Part shown: positions 22,249-32,515 of the stretch, one piece after another
Layout: each line of letters begins with the position of its first letter
Numbering within the stretch: position 1 is the first letter of the stretch
Source of the DNA: Candidatus Limnocylindrales bacterium
GTDB taxonomy: Bacteria > Chloroflexota > Limnocylindria > Limnocylindrales > CSP1-4
DNA: 64,000 nt
Direction: 5' to 3'
NCBI GenBank assembly: GCA_049514315.1
Contig: JBEKVD010000001.1
Location: 4,380-68,379, forward strand
Made by a program: the position numbers and the translations under genes
Notes under the pieces: model-generated
Told to the model about the DNA's origin: nothing
Database searches by the model: none
The model's input: only the letters and a program-made list of their open reading frames with translations

Positions 22249-23561
22249 CTCGTCGACGCCGGCCGGGTCCCGAGCGTCACCCTGATCGTCATGTAGGTTC
22301 CGCCCCGGTAGATCTCAACGCTGACCGTCCGGCCGGGTGCGTACTGGACGAGAACGTCCTCCAGCCGGTGCGAAGGGTTGATCGCCTGGCCCTCGACGCT
22401 GGTGATGATGTCGCCGGTCTTGATGCCGGCCTGGGCGCCGGGGCTGCCGGCCACGACGGCTTCGACCGAGTTCCCGGCGGCGTCCTCCTTGTGGACCCAC
22501 GCGCCCTGGCCAAGGGGCAGGCTGTACCGCTGCTGCACGCCCGCATCGATCGAATCGTATGTGACGCCGATGAACGGCCTGGACAGCTTCTCGCCGGCCA
22601 GTGCCTGCTGCATGATCGGCTTGGCGATGTCAATGGGGATCGCGAAGCCGATTCCCTGGGCAACCTGAGCTTGCGCCGTCGTGACGCCAATCACCCGCCC
22701 GGACGCGTCGACGAGCGGTCCGCCGCTGTCGCCGGGGTTGATGGCCGCGTCGGTCTGGATCAGGCCGTGGAGGCTGGTCGAGGCCGTGGAGGCGGCGCTG
22801 TCGCCGGCGATCGAGACGTCCCGGTCGAGTGCCGAAACGATCCCGGATGTGACGCTGTTCGGGTACTGGAGGCCGAGTGGGCTGCCGATCGCGATGGCAA
22901 GCTGGCCGACCTGCAGCGACGACGAGTCGCCCATCGCGGCGGCCGTAAGGCCAGATGGGCTGCCGATCTTGACGATGGCCAGGTCGGTCAGGGTATCGAG
23001 GCCGTAGGTCGTGCCCGGGAACTGGCGGTCGTCTGCCAGCCGGACTGAGATCGCCTGCGCCCCGGCCACGACGTGCTTGTTGGTGAGAATCCAACCTCGT
23101 GAGTCGAAAATGATCCCCGAACCCACAGACGTGGTGCCGCCGCCGTCGTCGGCCACGATCTGGACCACGGCTGGGCCGACCCGGCTCGCCGCCGCGATCA
23201 CGGTCGAAGCGTCCGATATGACGGGCGCCCTGGGGCCGCTGGTCGCGGCCGGCGGCATCGTCGCCGGATCCAGCGCGCCGGACGCTCGCAAGGCCGCGTA
23301 GGTCCCGCCGGCACCCAGGATCGACCCGATCAACGACGCCGCGAGCAAGGGGACGACAAGCCTTTGGCCGGGGCCGTGACTCGAAGATGGCGGTCCGGCT
23401 GGCTCGGGACTCTGCTCGGAGCCAGGTTCGAACCACCGCTCCGGCGTCATCTGGTCCGAGCCTTCTGCGGCTCCGCCGCCGAAGGACGCCTTCCAGTAGT
23501 GGCGCCCGTCGGGCGGGAGCTCGAACCGTTGGATCTCGGGTGGGCTTGGGTCGGACATCAC
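22245..23561 (-). CDS. HtrA/DegP-family membrane-anchored serine protease with PDZ domain
   Basis: Catalytic triad contexts are TNKHVV (His), LTDLAIVKI (Asp) and GDSGGPLVD (Ser). A C-terminal PDZ domain and an N-terminal TM helix (VVPLLAASLIGSILGAGG) are present. Confidence 0.85.
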   Translation of the reverse strand: MMSDPSPPEIQRFELPPDGRHYWKASFGGGAAEGSDQMTPERWFEPGSEQSPEPAGPPSSSHGPGQRLVVPLLAASLIGSILGAGGTYAALRASGALDPATMPPAATSGPRAPVISDASTVIAAASRVGPAVVQIVADDGGGTTSVGSGIIFDSRGWILTNKHVVAGAQAISVRLADDRQFPGTTYGLDTLTDLAIVKIGSPSGLTAAAMGDSSSLQVGQLAIAIGSPLGLQYPNSVTSGIVSALDRDVSIAGDSAASTASTSLHGLIQTDAAINPGDSGGPLVDASGRVIGVTTAQAQVAQGIGFAIPIDIAKPIMQQALAGEKLSRPFIGVTYDSIDAGVQQRYSLPLGQGAWVHKEDAAGNSVEAVVAGSPGAQAGIKTGDIITSVEGQAINPSHRLEDVLVQYAPGRTVSVEIYRGGTYMTIRVTLGTRPASTS

Positions 23562-23734
23562 GCGGCCATTTCCGGCGTAGGAGAGGTGACGAGCGCGAAT
23601 GCTATCCGCGAGGGCGAATTGGCGCCCGAATGTTGATCCACGGCAGCGGACGCCGCGCAGGCCGAAGCTTGCCCCGGTTCGCGTTCAGGTACCAGATCGC
23701 GGATGGTGAAGATTCAAGCACAGACCCGGCCCGC

Positions 23735-25627
23735 TCAGCCGGACCGGGTGCGATCGTGCTCGCTGGCGGCCGTGGCGGCCGTGGCGGCCGTGGCGACGGG
23801 CGCTAATTCCGCCGGTGCGGGAGACCGGCCGGATGCCGCCCCTGGCTCCACCGATGGCGGTGGGCTCACCGCCGGTCTCGATGGCGCGAGCCCCGATCGC
23901 GAGACTCCGGTCTGGCCGCTCCCGGCGGCCGGCACCGCGCCGGTGGCGATGGCATCGGGCGACATCCGTGGATCGGCCGGCAGGGTGACGGTGAACGTGG
24001 ATCCGGCTGCCACCCGGCTCTCGACCATGATCCGGCCACCGTGCATCTCAACGACCGACCGGACTATCGCCAGGCCGAGGCCGCTGCCGCTGCCGCGAGC
24101 CTCGTTGGCCCTCGAGCCGCGGTAGAAGCGGTCGAAGATATGCGGCAGCTCATCGGCGGCGATCCCGACACCGGTGTCGATTACCTGGATGCGCGCCCCG
24201 CGGTTGTGCGGGCTCAACACAACTCGAACCGATCCGCCACGCGGCGTGAACTTCAACGCGTTGCCGATCAGGTTGGCAAGCGCCTGTCCCAGGCGCTGGG
24301 GGTCGTGCCGTGTCACCAGCGAGGTGTCCGGCAGCTCGGTCGTCAGGCTGACGCCTCGTCGCCGGGCTGAGACCTGGGCCTGTTCGACCGAGGAAAGGAT
24401 CGTCGCCCGAAGGTCGTCGGGTCGAAGGTCCAGACGAATCAACCCGGAATCGAGCTTGGACAGTTCGAGGAGATTCTGAGCCAGCCAGTCGAGCCGTTCG
24501 ATCTGCTGGGCGCTCGCCTCGAGAAACTCGGTCCGGGCGGCAACGTCGCTGCCGGCCTTCTCCTGGAGCAACTCGTTGAACGTGCGCAGCGCAGCGAGGG
24601 GCGTGCGGAGCTCGTGCGAGACGTCGGCTAGGAACTCCCGGCTCGTATCCCGGTCGTGCCGGATGACCTCCATGGTTTCTTCGACCTGGTCCGCCATGGC
24701 GTTGAACTGGTGCGACAGCTCTGCTATCTCGGCCCCGCCCGTCCGCGCCCGGTCGACGGGGACTCGCCTGGCCAGGTCGCCCTCGGCAAGCGCCCCCGCC
24801 GCCTCTGTAAGCCGGCGCAGCGGCGTCGTGAAGCGGCGGGCCAGCAGAGCGGAGACGACGATGGCCAGCAGGAGAGCACCGACGGCGCTCAACAGCAAGA
24901 ACCCCACTACGCTGGCGATCGTGCTGCCGCGGGTCGTGTACGGCGCAGAGAGGCTGACCTCCAGGCACCACGTTGGCTCGACACCCTCGGGGTCTGCGAA
25001 TTTGAAGGTTTCGGTGAATGCGATCGAGTCGCGCGCCTGGCCGAGCCCCGGCGCGGCCGTGAGCGGCGCGCTGAATGTGGACACCGGCGTCGCCGGAATG
25101 AACACGGTGCCGCCCGGCGTGTCGGAGCCGAGCCCGAATCTGAGCCGCAGGTCGGCCTGGGCGACGTTGTTGGCGTAGTCGGTCAGTGTGGCCGGATCGC
25201 CGATGGCAGCGCTGACCTCGTCGTTGAGCACTCCACCCGCCGACACGACGGTGGCGTTCGCGGGGTCCTGTGCGGCCGCGGCCTCGGCCTTGACCTTCAC
25301 CACTGCGGCCACGGCGTTGGCCCGCGCCTCGAGGTTGGTGACCTCCTGCTGGCGGAGGTCGGTGTCGAGGACGAAGACGGTGACCGCGGACACGATGCCG
25401 AGGGCCACGGCGAAGACCATGACGAAGGCGATCGAAAGGCGGCCTTGAAGCGTTCTCGGCAGGGCTCGAGAGACCGGCACAGAGAGGCCGTGGCTGGCCC
25501 TTGGGGACCGCGTGCGCGCCTTCGGCTCCACCGAGTGCACGGCCACGGCCGGCTCTCTCCCGGCCGTCGCACCGGCGTCGAGAGACGTCGAAGGCGCCTC
25601 TGGCTTCTTCCGGCGCCCTCGTGCCAC
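23735..25627 (-). CDS. Sensor histidine kinase (HisKA + HATPase_c) with two TM helices and a ~90-aa low-complexity C-terminal tail
   Basis: H-box SHELRTPLAALRTFNELL. N/G-box regions ...GNALKFTPRGGSVRV... and GSGLGLAIVRSVVEMHGG. The start is 2 bp after the response-regulator stop. Confidence 0.85.
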   Translation of the reverse strand: MARGRRKKPEAPSTSLDAGATAGREPAVAVHSVEPKARTRSPRASHGLSVPVSRALPRTLQGRLSIAFVMVFAVALGIVSAVTVFVLDTDLRQQEVTNLEARANAVAAVVKVKAEAAAAQDPANATVVSAGGVLNDEVSAAIGDPATLTDYANNVAQADLRLRFGLGSDTPGGTVFIPATPVSTFSAPLTAAPGLGQARDSIAFTETFKFADPEGVEPTWCLEVSLSAPYTTRGSTIASVVGFLLLSAVGALLLAIVVSALLARRFTTPLRRLTEAAGALAEGDLARRVPVDRARTGGAEIAELSHQFNAMADQVEETMEVIRHDRDTSREFLADVSHELRTPLAALRTFNELLQEKAGSDVAARTEFLEASAQQIERLDWLAQNLLELSKLDSGLIRLDLRPDDLRATILSSVEQAQVSARRRGVSLTTELPDTSLVTRHDPQRLGQALANLIGNALKFTPRGGSVRVVLSPHNRGARIQVIDTGVGIAADELPHIFDRFYRGSRANEARGSGSGLGLAIVRSVVEMHGGRIMVESRVAAGSTFTVTLPADPRMSPDAIATGAVPAAGSGQTGVSRSGLAPSRPAVSPPPSVEPGAASGRSPAPAELAPVATAATAATAASEHDRTRSG

Positions 25628-25628
25628 C

Positions 25629-26327
25629 TCAGCGCTCCGCGAAGGCGTACCCCGCGCCGCGGACCGTCAAGACGAACCGCGGGCTGGACGGATCGTCTTC
25701 CAGCTTCTCGCGAAGGTGACTGACGTGGACGTTGATGGTCTTCTCGTCCTGGTCCAAGGCCTCGTAGTCGCGGATCAGCTCGAGCAGCTCCCGACGCGAG
25801 AAGACGCGGCCGGGCCGGCTGGCAAGATGGCGCAGGATCTCGAACTCGGTGGCGGTCAGGGATATCCGCCGTTCGCCGCGCTGGACACGCCGCCGCTCCA
25901 GGTCTATGAGCAGGTCGCCGTGGCGCAGCAGCCGGCCGCCTCCGGCATCGGCCAGGTCGCCGTAGGCCCGGCGGAGCAGGGCCTTGACTCGGCTCATGAG
26001 CTCGCGCAGCCCGAAAGGCTTGGTCACGTAGTCGTCAGCGCCGAGCTCCAGCCCGATCACCTTGTCCATCTCCTCGTCGCGGGCCGTCAGGATCAGGACG
26101 GGCGCCTTCGAGCCGCTCGTGCGCAGGCGGCGCAGGACCTCGAATCCATCGATGCCGGGCAGGCGGACGTCGAGGACGATGAGATCCGGGCCCTCGCGCA
26201 GCGCGAATTCCAGCCCTTCTTCGCCCGATCGCGAGACCGCGACCTGGTAGCCCTCCTGTTGAAGGGCGTACTGGATCCCCCGGGCGACGGCGTATTCGTC
26301 CTCGACGATAAGGATCGTGGCAGCCAC
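25629..26327 (-). CDS. OmpR/PhoB-family response regulator
   Basis: Receiver domain (ILIVEDE...DLIVLDVRLPGIDG...KPF) plus a winged-helix trans_reg_C domain (...TVRGAGYAF). Confidence 0.9.
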   Translation of the reverse strand: MAATILIVEDEYAVARGIQYALQQEGYQVAVSRSGEEGLEFALREGPDLIVLDVRLPGIDGFEVLRRLRTSGSKAPVLILTARDEEMDKVIGLELGADDYVTKPFGLRELMSRVKALLRRAYGDLADAGGGRLLRHGDLLIDLERRRVQRGERRISLTATEFEILRHLASRPGRVFSRRELLELIRDYEALDQDEKTINVHVSHLREKLEDDPSSPRFVLTVRGAGYAFAER

Positions 26328-26589
26328 CGTTCGATGCTACACCCGGGCCGCGGCCTGGTAATGGCCCCCGTATCGTTCCGGGCAGCCGTGGCAGACGTCC
26401 GGCGGCACGGACATCGGCGCCATCGGGCCGGATTCGGCCGATCCCCCTGGGGCAAGGTGGAGGTTGGCGGCGAGGGGTCTGCCGGTGCGTCACCGGCATG
26501 ACCACTCGGCCCGTGGTAGGCTCGTAGGCCGAAGCGCCTCCGCAACGGTCAGTGCGCTCGATCGACCCGCGCAGGGAGGTTCCAATTCC

Positions 26590-27228
26590 GTGCCATCCCC
26601 GACAGTGCTCACCGCGACACGCCGGACCGAGACCGGCAAGTCGGTCGCTCACCTGCGCAAGGCAGGGCTCCTGCCGGCCGTCGTCTTCGGCCATGGCCTC
26701 GACTCGATCTCCGTTTCGCTGGACGCCCACGAATTCGACCACCTTCGCCGGACGGTCCACTCCAACACGATCATCGAGCTCAAGGTCGACGGCAAGGACA
26801 CGCACCGCGTGCTGGTTCACGGCGTCCAGATGGATCCGAGAACCCGCAGCCTGCTCCACGTCGATCTCTTCGAAGTGAAGTCGGGCGAGGAAGTCACGGT
26901 CGAGATCCCGCTTCACACGGTGGGAGAGTCCTACGCCGTCGAGCGCCTGGGCGGCACGCTCCTGCACAACATCGATCGGGTCAAGGTTCGCGCGTTGCCG
27001 GAGAAGTTGCCGGAGGCGCTCGAGTACTCCATCGAGCCGCTCAAGGATTTCGATGTCGCGATCCACCTTCGGGACCTCTCGCTGCCGGGCGGGATAACAC
27101 TCCTGTCCGATCCGGATGAGGTCGTGGCGAAGGTGGCCGCTCCGCACGTCATCGAGGAGCCGGTCGCCGCTGAGGTCGCCGTCGAGGAGCCGGCCGAGGC
27201 CCCAGCCGAGCCCAAGACCGAGGAGTAA
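26590..27228 (+). CDS. rplY: 50S ribosomal protein L25 / general stress protein Ctc
   Basis: ATRRTETGKSVAHLRKAGLLPAVVFGHG...VHGVQMDPRTRSLLHVDLFEV is the L25/Ctc fold. A GGGAGG RBS lies before a GTG start. The acidic C-terminal tail is typical of Ctc-form L25. Confidence 0.8.
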   Translation: MPSPTVLTATRRTETGKSVAHLRKAGLLPAVVFGHGLDSISVSLDAHEFDHLRRTVHSNTIIELKVDGKDTHRVLVHGVQMDPRTRSLLHVDLFEVKSGEEVTVEIPLHTVGESYAVERLGGTLLHNIDRVKVRALPEKLPEALEYSIEPLKDFDVAIHLRDLSLPGGITLLSDPDEVVAKVAAPHVIEEPVAAEVAVEEPAEAPAEPKTEE

Positions 27229-27320
27229 TCGCTCCCAGTGCGGGCGCCGAAACGCCCGGGGGACTGCGGTCCCTGCGCTCCTGATAGCTCGGGTCCGCGG
27301 CGAGCACCTACGATGGGCAC

Positions 27321-28697
27321 GTGCCTGGCCTGAGATCTTCTCGTGACGGTTTGGGTCGATCCGTGCCGGTCCTGGCCGCTTTCGTCGTGGGTGCGGTCGC
27401 CTACGCGCCGCTCTATTGCTACCCGCTCCTGGCACCACAGTTCGAGAGCACGTTCCACACTTCCCGCGAGCTGGGCCAGATGCCGTGGACGGTGTTCCTG
27501 CTCGTCTCGGCGCTCTGCTCACCGCTACTCGGGCGCGCCTACGACGTGATCGAGGACCGCATCCTGCTCCTGGTCGGGGCGGCCCTGCTGGCAGCCGGCT
27601 GGCTGGTCGCATCGGCCGCCTCAGACGTGGCTCTCTTGATCGCCGCCTACGGCATCCTCCTCGCGATAGGCCTCCAGCTCGTATTCGTCGGTACGAGCAC
27701 TGCCATCGCCAGGCGGTACGCCGGCGTGGCGGGGTTGGCCCTGGGTGTGGCCTACGCGGGGCCGGGCATTGGAGTTGCGCTGGCTCTTCCGGTGGCCGCG
27801 GGCGTGATCCCGGACATCGGTTGGCGGTCGACCGCGGGCGTCTTCGGCCTGCTTTCGCTCGTGGCGCTGCCGTTCGTCTGGTTGATGACGGCCGGCTCGG
27901 CCGTCGTGGTGCCGGCCGAAGAGAGCGGCCGGAGTGTGAAGGGGATAGCCGGTGTAGAGCCGCCGCCCCGAACCTCGGGAGCGCCGTCCGGACGGGGTCT
28001 GCATGAGACTTCGGGCCCGGGCGTGGTGGCCGCCTCTCAGGAACCGGTGCCGCCGGGCAGTCGCTCGCGCCCCGATGCACTGCGCCGGACGATCCGGACA
28101 CGTCGATTCCTGATCCTGCTGATCGGCGCGGTCGGCATCGGCTGCATTGACGAGGGCATATTCCAGACTTCGTCGCGCCACGCCGTCAATCGGGGCATTG
28201 ACCCTGGATTCGCCGCCTCGCTGCTCGCACTCCAGTGCTACGCGTATGTCGTGGGGCAGATCGTAGGCGGCTGGCTGTCCGACAGGTTCGGGCGGCGCTA
28301 CATCGGGATGATCTGCGCCGGATTGATCGCCGTCGGGGCGACCGCGCTATTCACTGCCACGGGCTCACTGCTCGCCCTCGCCGTCGCCGGCAATGCGATC
28401 TACGGTTTCGGCATCGGCGCGACCATCGCCATTCGCTCGGCCGCCTTCTCGGACGTGTTCGGGGGCCACAACTTCGGAGCGATATTCGGGATCATCGCCG
28501 TCGCGTACCCGGCCGGCGGAATCGTCGTCATGAACGCCGGCGGCATCCTGTACGACCGCATCGGTAACTACTGGCCGGTGTATGCGATTGCCATGGTGTC
28601 GCTCGCCGCCTGGACGACTGCCCTGGTGGCCGCCGGCCCGCGCCGCCACGGATTCCGAAAGCGAATGCGGAGCGTCCGGGCCCGGATTCCGGTCTGA
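27321..28697 (+). CDS. MFS transporter (12 TM, long central loop)
   Basis: Hydrophobic helix pattern with MFS-like motifs (LLGRAYDVIEDRILLL; GWLSDRFGRRYIGM). Confidence 0.75.
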   Translation: MPGLRSSRDGLGRSVPVLAAFVVGAVAYAPLYCYPLLAPQFESTFHTSRELGQMPWTVFLLVSALCSPLLGRAYDVIEDRILLLVGAALLAAGWLVASAASDVALLIAAYGILLAIGLQLVFVGTSTAIARRYAGVAGLALGVAYAGPGIGVALALPVAAGVIPDIGWRSTAGVFGLLSLVALPFVWLMTAGSAVVVPAEESGRSVKGIAGVEPPPRTSGAPSGRGLHETSGPGVVAASQEPVPPGSRSRPDALRRTIRTRRFLILLIGAVGIGCIDEGIFQTSSRHAVNRGIDPGFAASLLALQCYAYVVGQIVGGWLSDRFGRRYIGMICAGLIAVGATALFTATGSLLALAVAGNAIYGFGIGATIAIRSAAFSDVFGGHNFGAIFGIIAVAYPAGGIVVMNAGGILYDRIGNYWPVYAIAMVSLAAWTTALVAAGPRRHGFRKRMRSVRARIPV

Positions 28698-28718
28698 TCG
28701 GCGCCCGGTCCGCCGAAG

Positions 28719-29870
28719 CTAGGCCACTTCCCGTCGGATCGTGGCAGCTGCGAGGGCCATGAAGACGGCGGCGATGCCGATGAGCACGCCCAGGTCCAGC
28801 AGAACCTGGGGCGAGGACAGATCGGAGCCGGCGATCATCACCTGGCGCAGGCCGTCGATGGCGTAGGTGACCGGCAGGATCCGGGCCACCGGCTGCAACA
28901 GATTCGGCAGCTGCTCGATCGGCCAGAAGAAGCCGCCGAGGAGGCCCTGCGGCACGATCACGATCGGGATGAACTGCAGGATCTGCAACTCCGTCCGGGC
29001 GAAGGTCGATAGGAAGATGCCCAGCGAGACCGCACCGAGACCGAGCACGAGAACGAGCAGGTAGGCGATCAACGGGTTGCCGGCCGTCCGGACGCCGAGC
29101 CCGATCGCGAACGCCGGGACGGGTCCGAGCGCCGGGATCTCGAGGCGGCCGAGCACGAATGCCAGCACGACCGCCACCTGGAGCGTCGCGAAGAAGCCGA
29201 AGCCCAGGCTGTAACCGAGCACGATCTCGGCTCGGCTGACCGGGGTCGCCAGCAGACGTTCGAGCGTCCCACCTATCCGCTCGCGCAGGAAGCTGATGCC
29301 GGTCAGGATGAAGACGAAGAAGTAGGCGAAGAAGCCGACGACGACCGGGGCAAGCGAGTCCAGCTGGGTCGCGTCGGGCGACCCGTAGACGGTCGCTCGC
29401 TCGATCGTCGGGAGGGCAACTCCTGCCTCCTGGGCGACGGAGCTCAGCAGCGCCTTCTGGACCGCGGGCACGACGGACGCCTCGCCGGCCGGGTTGAGGC
29501 CGAGAGTGAGCAGCTCGATCTGCCGGTTCTGGAGGCTGAAGTCGGGCGGGAGGACGACGACCAGGTCGAGCCGCTTGTCCTTGAGCATCTGGCGCGCGGT
29601 GGAGTCGTCGGCGACCGAACGGTCGAGGACGATCCCCGGTTGACCATCGAGGGCGGCCTCGAGTCGGGTCGCGACGGCCGCACCGGCCGGCAGGCCCGAC
29701 TCATTCACCACGGCGACGTTCGAGGTGGTCGACTGCGCGCTGCTGAGCACCCAGCCGAGCAGGGCGATGATCGCCAGCGGCGCGATGTACAGCAGCGCCA
29801 GCGATCGGGGGTCGCGGCGGAACTGGGCGACGATTCGGCGAAAGACGGCGGCGACTCGGAGGGGGTTCAT
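28719..29870 (-). CDS. ABC-2 type transporter permease
   Basis: Six predicted TM helices at the C-terminus, with the ABC-2 family arrangement. The likely start is MNPLRVAAV. It overlaps the ATPase gene by 4 bp. Confidence 0.75.
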   Translation of the reverse strand: MNPLRVAAVFRRIVAQFRRDPRSLALLYIAPLAIIALLGWVLSSAQSTTSNVAVVNESGLPAGAAVATRLEAALDGQPGIVLDRSVADDSTARQMLKDKRLDLVVVLPPDFSLQNRQIELLTLGLNPAGEASVVPAVQKALLSSVAQEAGVALPTIERATVYGSPDATQLDSLAPVVVGFFAYFFVFILTGISFLRERIGGTLERLLATPVSRAEIVLGYSLGFGFFATLQVAVVLAFVLGRLEIPALGPVPAFAIGLGVRTAGNPLIAYLLVLVLGLGAVSLGIFLSTFARTELQILQFIPIVIVPQGLLGGFFWPIEQLPNLLQPVARILPVTYAIDGLRQVMIAGSDLSSPQVLLDLGVLIGIAAVFMALAAATIRREVA

Positions 29871-30694
29871 CGGTCCGTTTCCTCCGGGCCTGCCGCGTCG
29901 GGGACGGTCGCGGTGCCGGCTGCAGACGAGCCCGAGTCCGCGGCCGTCCAACCCGTCGCGAACTTCAGGAAGGCGGTCTCGAGGTTGGCGGTGCCCGCGC
30001 GCGCCCGAAGATCGTCGGGCGCCCCCTGCGCGAGGACGTGCCCGTCGCGGATGAACAGCAGCTCGTCGCAGCGATCGGCCTCGTCCATGACGTGGCTCGA
30101 GACGACGAGCGTGGCTCCGTCTGCGGCCAGTCGGTGGAAGTGGTCCCAGAACTGGACTCGCAGGGCCGGGTCCACTCCGACCGTCGGCTCGTCCAGGAAG
30201 AGCACGGCCGGGTGGTGGGCCAGGGCGCAGGCCATCGACAGGCGGCGCCTCATGCCACCCGAAAGCTGCATCGCGGGCGTCCCGGTTCGCGTCTCCAGCT
30301 CGACGAATTCGAGTGACTTGAGCAGGTCGGCCCTGTCGGTCTGGCCGTAGAGCGCGGCGAAGAAGGTCAGGTTCTCCCAGACCGAGAGTTCGGGGTAGAT
30401 GCCGTCCGCCTGCGTCATGTATCCGATCCGGGCAAGGTTGGCGCGCGACGGCATGTCCACCCCGAGGACGCGGGCCCGGCCGCGGGTGGCGGACGCGAGG
30501 CCGGTCAGGAGGCGGATCAGCGTCGTCTTGCCGGACCCGTTCGGGCCCAGGAGGCCGTAGATGCGACCCGGGGGCAGGGCGATGTCGACGCCGTCCACGG
30601 CATGGATCGGCCCGAAGTCCTTGTGCAGCCCGAGCGCCTCGACCGCAGGCGAGGGCAGGGGCTCGGGCGCGGGGGGATTGGGTCCGATGGTCAT
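29867..30694 (-). CDS. ABC transporter ATP-binding protein (ABC-2/DrrA-like)
   Basis: Walker A (GPNGSGKTT), ABC signature (LSGGMRRRL) and Walker B (LFLDEPTVGVD). Confidence 0.85.
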   Translation of the reverse strand: MTIGPNPPAPEPLPSPAVEALGLHKDFGPIHAVDGVDIALPPGRIYGLLGPNGSGKTTLIRLLTGLASATRGRARVLGVDMPSRANLARIGYMTQADGIYPELSVWENLTFFAALYGQTDRADLLKSLEFVELETRTGTPAMQLSGGMRRRLSMACALAHHPAVLFLDEPTVGVDPALRVQFWDHFHRLAADGATLVVSSHVMDEADRCDELLFIRDGHVLAQGAPDDLRARAGTANLETAFLKFATGWTAADSGSSAAGTATVPDAAGPEETDR

Positions 30695-31545
30695 CTATCG
30701 ACCTCCTGAGAGCCTTTCGGCTGTACGGCTCCGTGGAGTAGCAGGTCCACGTACGCCTCGACGTCGTCGATGGCAGGATGAACTCCGACTCTGGCCAGCT
30801 CGTCGAAGACGGCCGGCCCGAGCACGATCAGAAGGAAGACCGGCCCGAACAGGCCTTGCAGCAGCAAAGCCGGTTCGATCGGGCGCAGGGCTCCCTTTTC
30901 GACTTGAAGCGCAAACCAGGCCAGCATCAGCGGAGCGCCCTGTCCGATGATCTCGGTCATCACGGCCCGCGCAAGCTCGGGATCCTGGGACGAGTTGGCG
31001 GCCAGGTTGCGGACGAGATCAGCTCGGGTGCGCATGGCCTTGTAGTAAGCACGGGCGATGGTGATCAGTCCTTCACGGGCGCTCAGCTCGACTGCCGCCT
31101 CGATTTGAGTCCGCATCTCCTCGACCGGGCTGACTCGACGGGCCACGGCTCGCAGCAACTCGGCCCGATCCGCGAAGTGGTGGTAGAAGGCGCCCTTGGT
31201 CAGTCCCGCTCCGGCGGAAATCGCATCGATGGAGATCAGGCCGCTCCCGGGGCGGGAGAGAAGCCCGACCGCGGCATCGACCAGCCGTTCGCGCGTCGGC
31301 TCGTCGGCTGCCGTCGAGACAGCCAGGCCTTCGGCGGAGAGGGTGGCTCGAAGGCCGCGCAGGCCTCCGAAATAGCGATGAACGGTCTGTCGCGAGACAC
31401 GGGCCTCAACTGCGACGGCCTTGATCGAGAGGTTCGCCCCATGCTCGATCTGACCTCGGGCTGCGGCCAGGATTGCGTCCCTGACGGAGACGACAGGACG
31501 CGGCGTCTCGCGTTGCGGGCCGACGCCGTGGCGAGTGACTGACAT
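30691..31545 (-). CDS. TetR/AcrR-family transcriptional regulator, apparently with two tandem TetR-type HTH modules
   Basis: HTH 1 is ILAAARGQIEHGANLSIKAVAVEARVSRQTVHRYF. HTH 2 is RLVDAAVGLLSRPGSGLISIDAISAGAGLTKGAFYHHF. The gene heads the ABC-2 operon. Confidence 0.7.
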   Translation of the reverse strand: MSVTRHGVGPQRETPRPVVSVRDAILAAARGQIEHGANLSIKAVAVEARVSRQTVHRYFGGLRGLRATLSAEGLAVSTAADEPTRERLVDAAVGLLSRPGSGLISIDAISAGAGLTKGAFYHHFADRAELLRAVARRVSPVEEMRTQIEAAVELSAREGLITIARAYYKAMRTRADLVRNLAANSSQDPELARAVMTEIIGQGAPLMLAWFALQVEKGALRPIEPALLLQGLFGPVFLLIVLGPAVFDELARVGVHPAIDDVEAYVDLLLHGAVQPKGSQEVDR

Positions 31546-31614
31546 GCATACGAGTATGTATGTTCTGTCAAGTTGATCGCTTCGCTGCCCGAGGACGGTG
31601 GCAAGGGGGCGTGA

Positions 31615-32402
31615 CTACGGGGCGCTGGCGGTCGACGAAATCGGCCGGCGCAGGAGCCGCAGCGACACCGACTGCACCGCCGCCACGGCCAGAAGCGCGC
31701 CGGCGAAGGCAGCCGCAATCCCCAGCGGCTCGATCGCGGTCGTGACCACGAGGAAGAAGACCGTCGTGCCGAAGAGTCCTACCTGCAACCCTCGCACCAC
31801 TCCGAGGGCCTGATCGGGCCCCTCCAGGTGGTGGGCGAAGACTGCCAGCACCGACACGTAAACCGGCACGGCCGCGAGAAGGCCGCTGGCCTGCGCCCCG
31901 AGGAACCCGGCGGCCTCCGTAACCGCAAGGACGACCGCGGTTCCAACGACCATTCGGGCGGGGATGTCCCAGGAGGGGAGTGGCCGAGGGTCACGCGCTC
32001 GGGTGGCCGGGGGCGCGAGGCGCAGCAGCACGGCCATGGCGACGTCGACCGCGACGAAGACGACCAGCGCGGGCGCTCCGAGGATGGGCGTGGTGGCCAG
32101 GGCCGCGACCACGAAGGCGGCGCCACCTCCGAGGAGCGATGCCGGCCAGTCGAGCCTCCGCGCCAGCCAGCCGTAAGCGAGTGCGAAGGCTGCGTCCCCC
32201 AGCAGCCCGCCGATCGACCCCCGGGCTGCCCCGGCGGCGAAAGCCGGTCCGCGATCCAGGGCCAGGTAGAGAGCCACCGGTCCGGACGTGAGCGGCAGCG
32301 CCACGAGCCAGCCTCCGATCGAGGGCCCCCACCGTCGGGCGGCCAGGCTTGCGCAGCCGATCAGGATCGGTGTCAGGGTCAGCTTGAGGAGAAGCAGGGC
32401 CA
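31615..32402 (-). CDS. polytopic membrane protein of unknown function (~7 TM)
   Basis: The likely GTG start gives VALLLLKLTLTPILIGCASLAARRW... The upstream half of the 410-aa ORF is Arg/Pro-rich and non-coding-like. It lies downstream of the hydrogenase protease on the same strand. Confidence 0.5.
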
Positions 32403-32515
32403 CGCCCGAAGGGTATAGCGGCGGCCCGGACGGGGCGGACCGGTTCAGACGACGCGGTGTGGCGGCGGACAGGCAGCGCCTCGGCCGGCAGGCGGCCGCG
32501 CCTGGATTGGGGGGC

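Noticed and set aside
26035-28101. 688-aa minus-strand ORF spanning the response-regulator start, rplY and the MFS gene
   Set aside because: It is extremely Arg/Pro/Gly-rich and antisense to three well-supported genes.
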